A stretch of 64,000 nucleotides of DNA from NCBI GenBank assembly GCA_902551455.1, contig CACDDC010000001.1, forward strand, positions 15,876-79,875, written 5' to 3'. Made by a program: the position numbers and the translations under genes. Shown here piece by piece: positions 1-9,732 of the stretch. Source of the stretch: an uncultured Pelagibacteraceae bacterium. Lineage in GTDB: Bacteria; Pseudomonadota; Alphaproteobacteria; Pelagibacterales; Pelagibacteraceae. The notes below the pieces were generated by a model, which saw nothing but the letters and a program-made list of their open reading frames with translations, searched no databases and had not been told where the DNA came from. Position 1 is the first letter of the stretch; each line of letters starts with the position of its first letter.

Positions 1-520
1 AAATCAATTAAAGATTATATCGGGTAAAGCATTCGATGATGAAGAAATTAATCTCTTAGAAAAAACCGATAATGAAAATTTTAGAAAAAAAATTATGGAA
101 AAATTTAAATTAAAAAGAGATGAAAGAATTAAACTGCTAGGTCTTGACCAGGCTGAACAAATAGAAAAAACCATTTTTTTACAATTAATCGATCAAAATT
201 GGAAAATGCATATACAGTATCTTGAACAGTTAAGACAAGTTATTGGGTTGAGATCATATGGACAAAGAGACCCATTAGTAGAATATAAAAAAGAAGCATT
301 TTTATTATTTGAAAATCTATTAAACAAGTTAAAGTCAGATTTTATTACAATACTTTTTAATTTGAAGGTTATAGAAAAGGAAGATAAAAAAGAAATTCCA
401 AAACAAAATCAATCAAATGAAAAAAATTTTAAGAGTTTTGCTAATAAAAAAGTTGGTAGAAATGAACCTTGTCCATGCAACTCTGGAAAAAAATTTAAAC
501 ATTGCCATGGAGCTTTATAA
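1..520 (+). CDS. secA: Preprotein translocase SecA, C-terminal part (5' truncated by window)
   Basis: Frame open from nt 2; [18 protein letters not shown] and C-terminal Zn motif [19 protein letters not shown]. Confidence 0.97.
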   Translation, partial: NQLKIISGKAFDDEEINLLEKTDNENFRKKIMEKFKLKRDERIKLLGLDQAEQIEKTIFLQLIDQNWKMHIQYLEQLRQVIGLRSYGQRDPLVEYKKEAFLLFENLLNKLKSDFITILFNLKVIEKEDKKEIPKQNQSNEKNFKSFANKKVGRNEPCPCNSGKKFKHCHGAL

Positions 521-1621
521 AAGCAAAATAAAAATTACTGCAATTATTGCAGCAGATATTAGAAAAATATAAAATTTTTTTTTTCGATTAATTTTATTTC
601 TAATTTTGTCAAAAAAGGATTCGGTAAAGCTTAAACTATCTTTGTTTTCAGAATAATTTGCAAACCCTTTATTTCTTCCAATGGCTAAAAATTTATTTTT
701 TCTATGCAGTACAATTTCTTCTTTGTTCATATTATTAAAACTTTCTAAATTTAAAGAAATTGATTTTTTTACATTTTTTAAAATTTTATCAGTATCTCTG
801 TGAGCTCCACCTAAAGGCTCTGGGATTACTTCATCAATTATTTCTAAATCTAATAAATCTTTAGAAGTTAATTTCATTGCTGTTGCAGCCTCTAATATTT
901 TTTTAGGATCTTTCCATAATATAGTTGCACATCCTTCGGGTGAGATTACTGAATAAATTGAATTTTCTAACATTAAAATTTTATTCGATGACGCTAGTGC
1001 TATGGCTCCACCAGAACCCCCTTCTCCGATAATTATAGAGATCGTCGGTACGGTTAACTCCATGCAGCATTCAATTGATTTTGCAATTGCTTCGGAGATA
1101 CCTCTCATTTCACTTCCTGTTCCAGGAAAAGCACCTGGAGTATCAATAAATGATATAACTGGAATATTAAATTTATCAGCCAGTTTCATTAACCTTGTAG
1201 CTTTTCTGTAACCTTCAGGACGACTCATTCCAAAATTTCTATCAATTCTACTTTGTAAATCGTCACCTTTCTCTTGACCAATTACTAATACTGATTTTTT
1301 TTCAAATTTAGCAAAACCAGCAATTATAGACTTATCCTCAGAATAAAACCTATCGCCTGAAAGAAGAATAAAATCTTCAAACAAATTATTTATAAAAAAT
1401 TTTGATTTTGGTCTATCCTCGTGTCTTGCCACTTGTACTGTTTGCAACGGATCAAGTTTTGAATAAACTTCTTTTAATTTAGTATCTATTTTTTTTTGTA
1501 TATTAGATATTTTGTTAGTATCTACTTCGGATAGACCTTCCTGGTCAAATGGGTCTTTGAGTTGATCTAGCTCGGCTTCTAGTTTTTTAATTTCAGTTTC
1601 AAAATTTAAATAGTTTTTCAT
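515..1621 (-). CDS. accA: Acetyl-CoA carboxylase carboxyltransferase alpha, with C-terminal hydrophobic extension
   Basis: [30 protein letters not shown]; start placed at ATG 1621 (MKNYLNFE). Confidence 0.95.
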   Translation of the reverse strand: MKNYLNFETEIKKLEAELDQLKDPFDQEGLSEVDTNKISNIQKKIDTKLKEVYSKLDPLQTVQVARHEDRPKSKFFINNLFEDFILLSGDRFYSEDKSIIAGFAKFEKKSVLVIGQEKGDDLQSRIDRNFGMSRPEGYRKATRLMKLADKFNIPVISFIDTPGAFPGTGSEMRGISEAIAKSIECCMELTVPTISIIIGEGGSGGAIALASSNKILMLENSIYSVISPEGCATILWKDPKKILEAATAMKLTSKDLLDLEIIDEVIPEPLGGAHRDTDKILKNVKKSISLNLESFNNMNKEEIVLHRKNKFLAIGRNKGFANYSENKDSLSFTESFFDKIRNKINRKKKFYIFLISAAIIAVIFILLL

Positions 1622-1675
1622 TAAAAGTCTGTTTATTATATTTAAAAAAGGCAATAAAGTGTCAAAAAAAATAAA

Positions 1676-3823
1676 ATGAGAGAAAAATATATAAAAATAG
1701 AAAATTTATCAGTATCTGAGAAATTATATGATTTTGTTAATAATGAGGCTATCCCTGGAACAAATATTGATGTAAAGAAATTTTGGCAAAAATTTAGCAA
1801 ATCTATACATCAACTTGCTCCAAAAAATGAGTCTCTATTAAAGTTTAGAAAAAAACTTCAGCTAGATATTGATAATTGGCATATTAAAAATAAAGATAAA
1901 GAATTTGATCAAAATAAATATGAAAATTTTTTAAAACAAATTGGTTACTTGGTAGATGTAGGTCCAAATTTTAAAATTAAAACACTAAATATAGATGAAG
2001 AAATATCAAAAATAGCAGGTCCACAATTAGTATGCCCTATTGATAATGCTAGATTTGTTTTAAATGCTTGCAATGCTAGATTCATGTCTGCATATGATAG
2101 TCTTTACGGTACAGATGTAATTGATTCTGAAGAATCTGCTAGCGAAAGATATGATCCTGAAAGAGGAATGGAGGTAATTAAATTTACAAAAAAATTTTTA
2201 GATGATACTTTTCCTTTACATAGTTCTAGTTGGAGTAAAGTAAATAAAATCGAAATAATTGAAAATAACTTAAATCTTACTACTTACGACGGATTGGTAA
2301 ATTTAAAAGATAATGAAAAATATATTGGATATAGAGGACAGAAAAATAAACCGTCAGCTATAATTTTGAAAAATAATAATTTACACGTTGAAATAATAAT
2401 AAACCCAGATGCTTTTAGTGCAAAAAATGATCCTGCTGGGATATCGGATATAATTCTAGAGTCTGCAATTTCAACTATATGTGATAATGAGGATTCTGTA
2501 TCAGCTGTGGATGCTGAGGATAAAGTTGCATGCTACAGAAATTGGTTAGGGTTGATGAAAGGAAATTTGAAATCTGAGTTTGAAAAAAATGGAAAAAAAC
2601 TAATTAGAAAACTTAATCCAGATAGAAAATATATTACAAAAAATGGCAAAGAGTCAAAATTAAAAGGGAGATCTTTGTTGCTTCATAGAAATGTGGGTCA
2701 TTTAATGAAAAACCCAGCAATTCTTCTTAGCAATGGATCTGAAATCCCAGAGGGAATAATGGATGCATTTATTGTAACCCTTTGTTCACTACATGATTTA
2801 AAAATAAATAGAAATTCAAAGTTTGGATCAATATATATTGTTAAACCTAAACAGCATTCTCCGGATGAGTGTGCTTTTACTGATATTATTTTTTCTGAGG
2901 TGGAAAATGTACTTGGTTTAAAAAAAAATGTAGTAAAGATAGGTCTCATGGAGGAGGAAAGAAGAGCATCTGTGAACCTCAAAGAATGCATAAGAGCTTT
3001 GGAAAATAGAATATTCTTCATTAATACAGGTTTTCTTGATCGTACAGGTGATGAAATTAGAACTTCTATGGAGGCTGGACCAATGATTAAGAAAGCAGAT
3101 TTAAAAAAATCTTTATGGATAACTGCATATGAAAATAACAATGTTGATATAGGTTTAGAGTGTGGCTTTTCTGGAATAGGTCAGATTGGTAAAGGCATGT
3201 TTCCAGCTCCCAAAGCTATGGCACAAATGCTCAAGGAAAAAATAGCACATTTAAAAGCTGGAGCTAATTGTGCATGGGTTCCTTCACCAACAGCTGCGGC
3301 CTTGCACTCCCTTCATTATCATCGATTAGATATATTCAAAATTCATGAAAAAATTAAAAATAGAGAAAAAGCTAAGCTTTCCGAACTATTAACAATACCT
3401 TTTATTAGTAAGCCAAATTGGACAAATGAAGACATAAATAAAGAATTATCTAACTGTGCTCAAGGAATTTTGGGATATGTTGTTCGTTGGGTTGATCAAG
3501 GTATTGGGTGTAGCTCTGTGCCTGATATTAACAATATACCGCTTATGGAAGATCGAGCTACTTGTCGAATTAGCTCACAATTAATTTCAAACTGGCTCCA
3601 TCATGGAATTTGCTCAAGAAAACAAGTTTTAGAAATAATGAAAAAAATGGCGAAAGTAGTTGATAAACAAAATAAGGGTGACAAAAAATATATAAATATG
3701 TCGCCGAATTATGAAAAATCTATTGCTTTTAAATCTGCATGTGAGCTGGTTTTTAGCAAAGAATCACCTAACGGTTATACGGAACCGATTTTACATTTAA
3801 ACAGATTGATTAAAAAAAATTAA
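1676..3823 (+). CDS. glcB: Malate synthase G
   Basis: RNVGHLM, FINTGFLDRTGDE, AWVPSPTAA, LMEDRATCRISSQ; 715 aa. Confidence 0.96.
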   Translation: MREKYIKIENLSVSEKLYDFVNNEAIPGTNIDVKKFWQKFSKSIHQLAPKNESLLKFRKKLQLDIDNWHIKNKDKEFDQNKYENFLKQIGYLVDVGPNFKIKTLNIDEEISKIAGPQLVCPIDNARFVLNACNARFMSAYDSLYGTDVIDSEESASERYDPERGMEVIKFTKKFLDDTFPLHSSSWSKVNKIEIIENNLNLTTYDGLVNLKDNEKYIGYRGQKNKPSAIILKNNNLHVEIIINPDAFSAKNDPAGISDIILESAISTICDNEDSVSAVDAEDKVACYRNWLGLMKGNLKSEFEKNGKKLIRKLNPDRKYITKNGKESKLKGRSLLLHRNVGHLMKNPAILLSNGSEIPEGIMDAFIVTLCSLHDLKINRNSKFGSIYIVKPKQHSPDECAFTDIIFSEVENVLGLKKNVVKIGLMEEERRASVNLKECIRALENRIFFINTGFLDRTGDEIRTSMEAGPMIKKADLKKSLWITAYENNNVDIGLECGFSGIGQIGKGMFPAPKAMAQMLKEKIAHLKAGANCAWVPSPTAAALHSLHYHRLDIFKIHEKIKNREKAKLSELLTIPFISKPNWTNEDINKELSNCAQGILGYVVRWVDQGIGCSSVPDINNIPLMEDRATCRISSQLISNWLHHGICSRKQVLEIMKKMAKVVDKQNKGDKKYINMSPNYEKSIAFKSACELVFSKESPNGYTEPILHLNRLIKKN

Positions 3824-4437
3824 CTTTTATTTTCTATTAATTCCTTGCGATTTTTAAAAGCTTGTATCAAAGTTCCATCATCTAGGTTGTCACCTATTTC
3901 TGCACCCATGGGTAAACCTTGAGCAAGTTTAGTAATTTTTACATTAATACCTTTTAAACTATCTTGGATATAAAATGCAGTAGTCTGTCCTTCAACAGAA
4001 GTTGAAGTAGCAAGTATAACTTCCTCAATTTTGTCTTTTTTAACTCTATCAACTAATGAATTAATTAATAAATCCTCTTTTTTTTGATTATCTGAAGATG
4101 AAATGGTTCCTCCTAAAATATGAAAATAACCTTCGTAGATACTTGAGTTTTCAATACTCCATTGGTCTGCTATATTTTCTACAACACATATTTTATTATA
4201 TTTTTTTTTATTATTTTCACAATTATTACAACCTTCAATATTAGACTTAAGAGTTCCACAAGATTGGCATCTTGATATATTTTTAAAAACTTTTACTAAA
4301 GCATTGGCGGTTGGTTTTAATATTTCCTCTCTATTGTTAATCATCTTTAAAATAATTCGGCGACTAGAACGCGGGCCTAAACCAGGTAATTTAGAAATTA
4401 ATTTTATTAATTCATCTATTTCTTTAATATCTTGCAT
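3820..4437 (-). CDS. recR: Recombination mediator RecR
   Basis: LPGLGPRSSRR HhH motif, C4 zinc finger, TOPRIM CVVE...VEGQTTA; dnaX-ybaB-recR order. Confidence 0.95.
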   Translation of the reverse strand: MQDIKEIDELIKLISKLPGLGPRSSRRIILKMINNREEILKPTANALVKVFKNISRCQSCGTLKSNIEGCNNCENNKKKYNKICVVENIADQWSIENSSIYEGYFHILGGTISSSDNQKKEDLLINSLVDRVKKDKIEEVILATSTSVEGQTTAFYIQDSLKGINVKITKLAQGLPMGAEIGDNLDDGTLIQAFKNRKELIENKS

Positions 4438-4440
4438 TAA

Positions 4441-4758
4441 TTATAAAGGAAATTTAAAACCAGGTATACCAAACCCTTCCGTAGCTTTTGAAATCTCTTC
4501 TGAAGTTTTTGTTTTCAATTTAGATTTTGCATTACTATGAGCGGCAATAATTAAATCTTCAATAACTGTCTTCTCTTCATTTAAAATATCTGGTGACAAG
4601 TAAAGTTTAACTATTTCTCCATCTCCATTTAAAACTATTTTAACTGAATTGTCACCCGATATACCCTCGGCTTCTATGTTTTTGATTTTTTCTTGACTTT
4701 CTTTTACCTTGCTCTCAATCTCTTTGGCTTTATCTAAAATTTTATTAAAATCAGTCAT
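4441..4758 (-). CDS. ybaB: Nucleoid-associated protein YbaB/EbfC
   Basis: EGISGDNSVKIVLNG...EDLIIAA; lies between dnaX and recR; start at MTDFNK assumed. Confidence 0.9.
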   Translation of the reverse strand: MTDFNKILDKAKEIESKVKESQEKIKNIEAEGISGDNSVKIVLNGDGEIVKLYLSPDILNEEKTVIEDLIIAAHSNAKSKLKTKTSEEISKATEGFGIPGFKFPL

Positions 4759-6424
4759 TTTTTTGATTTTCAATATCTTTTACATCTATTAATTCAGCGT
4801 CAGGAAAATTCTCAATCATTTTGTCATAAATATCTGTTTTTTTTACTTCAATAATTTGATTTGATTTAAATATTTTATTTTTTTCTTTTTTTGATGGATC
4901 TCCATCTTTTTTAGATAAAGAAATTATCCATCTTTTTTGAGTCAAACTATATAGGGCTTCGGATAAATCTTTTATAAAATTTTTATCTAATCTATCATTA
5001 AAAGAGATTTCAATTCTTTGGCTTTCAAATTTTACAAGATTGACGTTTGTTTCAAGTTCATATTTTAATTTAATTAGTTTTTTTTCGTTACAAATATTTA
5101 TTAATTCATCAAAACTATTTATTTCTATTATTTCATCTTTTTTTTCCATTTGATTTTGATTTTTTAAATTTTCTTCTTGGTATATATTTTTAATTTGACT
5201 AATTGTTTTATTTTTAAAATCAAAGTTATCTTCAATTTGTTTTATAGTTTTTTCATTATTATTTATAAAATTTAAATCTTTTTCTTTATCTGGAGTTTTT
5301 TGTTCATTAATTTTTGTTACTTCTAATAAATTAATTAGTCTTATTAAAAACATTTCAACAGATATATTTTGATTAGAGACAACATTTAGTTCGTCTAATG
5401 TTTTAATTGTAAATTGCCAAAAGATCAAAAATACTTTAGATGAAACTTGATTTGACAATTTTTTTATACTTTCAAACTCACTATCATTTAATGAAAAATT
5501 AGTCCCTTCTAAATTTAAATATTCTACATTCTTAAAATAATAAAGTATTTCTAGAAAATCATTTAAAAATACTTTAGGTTCAACTCCTTGTTCATAAATA
5601 GATCTGTAAGTCTTGATTACCTGATCTTCTTTTCCTTGAAATAAATTATTAAATAATTCAATTAAGTAACTTTTTTCAAAATAGCCAAATATTTTTTGTG
5701 CGTCTGTTAAATTAATTTCTTTTAGACTTACCTGGCTCAATATGGCTCTATCTAATAAAGAGAGCGCATCTCTAACTGAACCCTCTGAAATTTTAACTAT
5801 AAGTTTAAGTGCATCATCAGAAATTTTTGCATTTTCTTTTTCCATGATTTTTTTAATATATTCAAATAGTTCATTCGACTTAACTCTAGGCAAATCGAAT
5901 CTTTGGCACCTAGAAATAATAGTGACTGGAATTTTTTTAACCTCTGTTGTTGCAAATATAAATTTAATCCAATTAGGAGGTTCTTCTAGGGTTTTAAGCA
6001 AACTGGCAAATGCTGATTTGGATAACATTTGAATTTCGTCAATAATTATTATTTTATACTTTGAGTTTGTTGGTTTATATCTAGAAAATTCTAATAATTC
6101 TTTTATAGAATCGATGCCTGTATTAGATGCGCCGTCAACTTCTAAACAATCAAGTGAATTTGAGTTTTGTATTTCCTTGCAATTCTGACATAAACTTTCT
6201 TTACAAATTTTATCAAAACCATTTAAGCAATTTAATGCCTTCGCTACAATTCTTGCTGTAGTAGTTTTGCCAACACCACGTATTCCACAAAATAAATATG
6301 CGTTTGGGATTTTATTTAATTTAATAGAATTAGTAATTGTTTCAGCAATTATATTTTGTCCAATTAATTGATCAAAGTTGTTAGGTCTATATTTTAAAGC
6401 AAGAACTTTTGAGTTAGTAGTCAT
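4751..6424 (-). CDS. dnaX: DNA polymerase III subunit gamma/tau
   Basis: LALKYRP, GIRGVGKTT Walker A, IIDEIQML, TIISRCQRF, GSVRDALSLLD. Confidence 0.97.
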   Translation of the reverse strand: MTTNSKVLALKYRPNNFDQLIGQNIIAETITNSIKLNKIPNAYLFCGIRGVGKTTTARIVAKALNCLNGFDKICKESLCQNCKEIQNSNSLDCLEVDGASNTGIDSIKELLEFSRYKPTNSKYKIIIIDEIQMLSKSAFASLLKTLEEPPNWIKFIFATTEVKKIPVTIISRCQRFDLPRVKSNELFEYIKKIMEKENAKISDDALKLIVKISEGSVRDALSLLDRAILSQVSLKEINLTDAQKIFGYFEKSYLIELFNNLFQGKEDQVIKTYRSIYEQGVEPKVFLNDFLEILYYFKNVEYLNLEGTNFSLNDSEFESIKKLSNQVSSKVFLIFWQFTIKTLDELNVVSNQNISVEMFLIRLINLLEVTKINEQKTPDKEKDLNFINNNEKTIKQIEDNFDFKNKTISQIKNIYQEENLKNQNQMEKKDEIIEINSFDELINICNEKKLIKLKYELETNVNLVKFESQRIEISFNDRLDKNFIKDLSEALYSLTQKRWIISLSKKDGDPSKKEKNKIFKSNQIIEVKKTDIYDKMIENFPDAELIDVKDIENQKND

Positions 6425-6435
6425 ATAAATTTATA

Positions 6436-6519
6436 GGGCCAATCAACCTGAAAAATACTGGTTACTGCTGCTTTCTCTCGAACCTGACAGGTTTGACCGT
6501 ACATTCACCTGATTGACCC
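6436..6519 (-). ncRNA. ffs: Signal recognition particle RNA (4.5S)
   Basis: Minus strand forms one long hairpin GGGTCAATCAGG...TTGATTGGCCC with helix-8 motif TCAGG-TTC-GAGA-GAA-AGCAGC (GNRA tetraloop); typical position upstream of dnaX. Confidence 0.9.
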
Positions 6520-6569
6520 AATACTATTATAACAGTAAAAAAAACCAATCCACAATAAAGTTAAATAAA

Positions 6570-7397
6570 TTATTTATACCTAAAAATATCAGATTTATAA
6601 ACACCAAGGATTTTTAGGTCTTGAGTGTGTAAACCTAGTTCTTCTAAAGAGTTTTTAACTTTATCATCCTCTATATGGCCATCAACATCACAAAGAAAAA
6701 AATATGAGGAAAATGAATTTTTTTCAGGAAAACTTTGTAATTTAGATAAATTACAACCATTGATTGCTAAACCACCTAATGCTTGGTAAAGCGACGCAGG
6801 CTTGTCTTTTAATTTAAATAATAAAGATGTGATATATTTTTCATTTTTAAATTCAGGTTGAGATATTTCTTTTTGCATTACTAAAAATCTTGTTACATTA
6901 TCTAAGTCGTCTTGAATGTTTGATTCTAAAATATCTAAATTATAAATTTCTGCACTAAGCTTAGAAGCTATTGCACCTTTCGAGTTGTCACCCAATTCTG
7001 AAATATATTTTGCTGATCCAGCTGTGTCAGCTCTTACGTTTTCAATGAGCTTATTTTTTTTTATAAAATCAGATGATTGGCTTAAAGCTTGTGCGTGCGA
7101 ATAAATATTTTTAATATCTTTTTTTTTTGTTCCTGGAAGACCTAATAAGTTATGTTTTATTGAATAAAAGTGTTCTGCAAATATATTTAGCCTATACTTA
7201 AAAATTAAGTACTCTACACCAATATTACCGGTAGTTTTATTTGACTCTGGAATTATTGCTTTAACTGTACTGTCATTATTTGCTAATTCAAAACATTCAT
7301 CAAAAGTTTTGCACGGTATAGTTTCACATCCAGAATATTTTTCTTTTGCACAACTTTCGCTGTAACTTCCAGCAACACCTTGATAAGCAATTTTCAT
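6570..7397 (-). CDS. pheA: Prephenate dehydratase
   Basis: IAYQGVAGSYSE, SHAQALSQ, NVTRFLV, C-terminal ACT domain. Confidence 0.93.
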   Translation of the reverse strand: MKIAYQGVAGSYSESCAKEKYSGCETIPCKTFDECFELANNDSTVKAIIPESNKTTGNIGVEYLIFKYRLNIFAEHFYSIKHNLLGLPGTKKKDIKNIYSHAQALSQSSDFIKKNKLIENVRADTAGSAKYISELGDNSKGAIASKLSAEIYNLDILESNIQDDLDNVTRFLVMQKEISQPEFKNEKYITSLLFKLKDKPASLYQALGGLAINGCNLSKLQSFPEKNSFSSYFFLCDVDGHIEDDKVKNSLEELGLHTQDLKILGVYKSDIFRYK

Positions 7398-7419
7398 AAT
7401 TTTATTAACTTATATTATA

Positions 7420-8160
7420 TTAATTTTTTGTTTCCAATAATTTCTTTACTTTATTATAATCTTCTAGAGTATCAATACCTATTGGAGAAGACATTGACAA
7501 AATCAAACTTATATCAATATTATTTTCTAAAGCACGAAGTTGCTCTAATCTTTGATTTTTTTCATTTGAAGTTTGTTCTAAAGAAGTAATTTTTTCTAAA
7601 ACAGTTATTTTATATAGATAAATTCCTATGTGATGATAAATATTTTTTTTGCTGTGTGACTCTAGCTTTCTGAAAAAATTGTCAGCTTTTACAATATTGT
7701 CATTTTTTAACTCATGTCTAGTTTTTACTTTTACAATATTTTCATCTGCTAATTTATAATCATCAGAAATATTACATGCCAAGGATCCCATTCCTAAATT
7801 ATTATTAATTATTGAATTATTTAAGTTAATAATGTCAGTACTTTCAATAATTGGCTCATCTCCTTGTAAATTTAATATATAATCAATATTTTTAATTTTT
7901 AATTTTTTATATGCTTCAAAAATTCTGTCTGTCCCTGTTTTATGTTTATTGCTAGTAATAACTCCTTTTCCACCATTTAATTTTACATCATCTAAAATTT
8001 CTTGATCTTCTGATGCAACGTATACTTCTCCGATGTTTGTTTCTTCTGCTTTTTTGTAAACATGAGAAATAATTGATAGACCATTAATTTTAAGAAGCGG
8101 CTTTCCTGGAAGCCTAGTTGCTGACATTCTAGAGGGTATTAAAATTAAAGTTTTTGACAT
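7420..8160 (-). CDS. kdsB: CMP-KDO synthetase (3-deoxy-manno-octulosonate cytidylyltransferase)
   Basis: IPSRMSATRLPGKPL, TGTDRI, NLQGDEP, LEQLRALE. Confidence 0.95.
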   Translation of the reverse strand: MSKTLILIPSRMSATRLPGKPLLKINGLSIISHVYKKAEETNIGEVYVASEDQEILDDVKLNGGKGVITSNKHKTGTDRIFEAYKKLKIKNIDYILNLQGDEPIIESTDIINLNNSIINNNLGMGSLACNISDDYKLADENIVKVKTRHELKNDNIVKADNFFRKLESHSKKNIYHHIGIYLYKITVLEKITSLEQTSNEKNQRLEQLRALENNIDISLILSMSSPIGIDTLEDYNKVKKLLETKN

Positions 8161-8184
8161 TATTTAGCTAATAGTCTTATTTTA

Positions 8185-8201
8185 TGCGTCCAAGCGACGC
8201 A
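8185..8201. promoter_or_regulatory. Candidate RegA/PrrA-type operator
   Basis: Perfect inverted repeat TGCGTC-N5-GACGCA, GC-rich in an AT-rich divergent spacer; fits GCGnC-N5-GnCGC. Confidence 0.55.
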
Positions 8202-8279
8202 AATTGCAAACTTAAAAATAAAGTATTTTTAAAATTATCATGTTATACGACAATAATTATATTATAAAATTAAATTCTT

Positions 8280-8801
8280 ATGGAAATTAATAAAATCTTT
8301 GTAGCAATAGTTGCCACTGTGATTATTGTTGTTGGGATTGGTAAAATTTCAGATCTTTTATATAAAACAGAGCAGCCTGATCAGGTAGCATACAAAGTTG
8401 ATGCACCTGAGGGGTCAGATGAAATAAAAAAAACTTCAGAAAGCACAGTTGATTTATCAGGCCTAATGGCATTGGCAGACTTATCGCATGGTCAAGCCGT
8501 ATTTAAGAAATGTAAAAGTTGCCATAGTATTAAGAAAGGTGGAAAAAATAACATTGGACCCGCATTATATGATGTTATGACACGAAACTCAGGGGGTTTA
8601 ACTAATTACAAATATTCCAAAGCACTTATATCACATGCAAAAAAATGGACCTTTGAGGAATTAAATGGATTTCTACTTAAACCTAAAACATGGATACCTA
8701 ATAACAAAATGGGATTTATTGGATTAAAAAATGACAAAGATAGAGCTTCAGTAATACTTTATTTAAACCAAAATTCAGATAATCCACGGCCATTACCTTA
8801 A
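8280..8801 (+). CDS. cycM: Membrane-anchored cytochrome c (CycM/c_y type)
   Basis: N-terminal TM helix, CKSCH heme motif, IGPAL, distal Met in NNKMGF. Confidence 0.88.
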   Translation: MEINKIFVAIVATVIIVVGIGKISDLLYKTEQPDQVAYKVDAPEGSDEIKKTSESTVDLSGLMALADLSHGQAVFKKCKSCHSIKKGGKNNIGPALYDVMTRNSGGLTNYKYSKALISHAKKWTFEELNGFLLKPKTWIPNNKMGFIGLKNDKDRASVILYLNQNSDNPRPLP

Positions 8802-8802
8802 T

Positions 8803-9729
8803 TTATAATTTATCAAAACAATATAATAAAATAGATTTTTGAACATAAACTCTATTTAAAGCTTGCTGCCAAACTTTAGATTGTTTCCCAAAAAAAACTT
8901 CATCAGTAACTTCCGATCCTCTTGGCAAACAATGAAGAAAGATGCAATCTCTATTGCCTTGCTTCATAACATTTGAATTTACTTGAAATTTTTTGAAGTC
9001 TTTTATTTTTTTTGCTTTATTTACAGTATCATTCATAGAGATAACTTTGTCAGTCAAAATTACATCGGCATTATTCGCTGCTTTTTGAGCATCATGAAAT
9101 ATATTAAGCTTCCCTTTATTTTTTTTTACCCATTGTAAAAGAGAAGTTGTAGGTTTATATTTTTTTGGACAACCAATATTTAGTTTAAATGAAAATCTAA
9201 TTGAAGCTTCAATCAAACTATTTAAAACGTTGTTTGAGTCTCCAATCCAACAAATATTTAGTTTAGAAATATTTTTTTTTTTAATTTCTTCAATTGTAAA
9301 AATATCACTAAGTATTTGTAGAGGGTGACCTCCAGGAGATAATGCATTTATTAGGGGAATTTTTAAATAATTTCTGAATTCTTCAATTTTTTTGTCACTG
9401 TCTGTTCTAAGCATAAATATATTTCCATAGGTTGATAAAATTTTAGCCGTATCAGATAAGCTCTCACCTCCTTTGGAAAGATGCAACTCATCTGGTCTTA
9501 AGGTAAGTGCACTTCCACCAAGCTGTCTAATTGCTAAGTAAAAACTTATTCTTGTTCTTAAGCTTGATTTTTCAAACATTTGTATTAAAAATTTTCCTTT
9601 TAAAGGCGCATCTTTATCTGCATCTAATGCATTTAAATATTTTCTTTTATTTTTTCTATTTTTCGCATCTGATATTATTTTTCTTAATTTAAAAGTAGAT
9701 ATATCTTTTATATTGATAAAATGATTCAT
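8803..9729 (-). CDS. argF: Ornithine carbamoyltransferase
   Basis: FEKSSLRTRISF, HPLQILSD, DKVISMN, HCLPRG; follows argD. Confidence 0.9.
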   Translation of the reverse strand: MNHFINIKDISTFKLRKIISDAKNRKNKRKYLNALDADKDAPLKGKFLIQMFEKSSLRTRISFYLAIRQLGGSALTLRPDELHLSKGGESLSDTAKILSTYGNIFMLRTDSDKKIEEFRNYLKIPLINALSPGGHPLQILSDIFTIEEIKKKNISKLNICWIGDSNNVLNSLIEASIRFSFKLNIGCPKKYKPTTSLLQWVKKNKGKLNIFHDAQKAANNADVILTDKVISMNDTVNKAKKIKDFKKFQVNSNVMKQGNRDCIFLHCLPRGSEVTDEVFFGKQSKVWQQALNRVYVQKSILLYCFDKL

Positions 9730-9732
9730 AAA

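Noticed and set aside
8803-9729. SLRTR motif suggesting an N-acetyl/N-succinylornithine transcarbamylase
   Set aside because: It keeps the DxxxSM ornithine-binding loop and ordinary OTC length, so standard ArgF is simpler.
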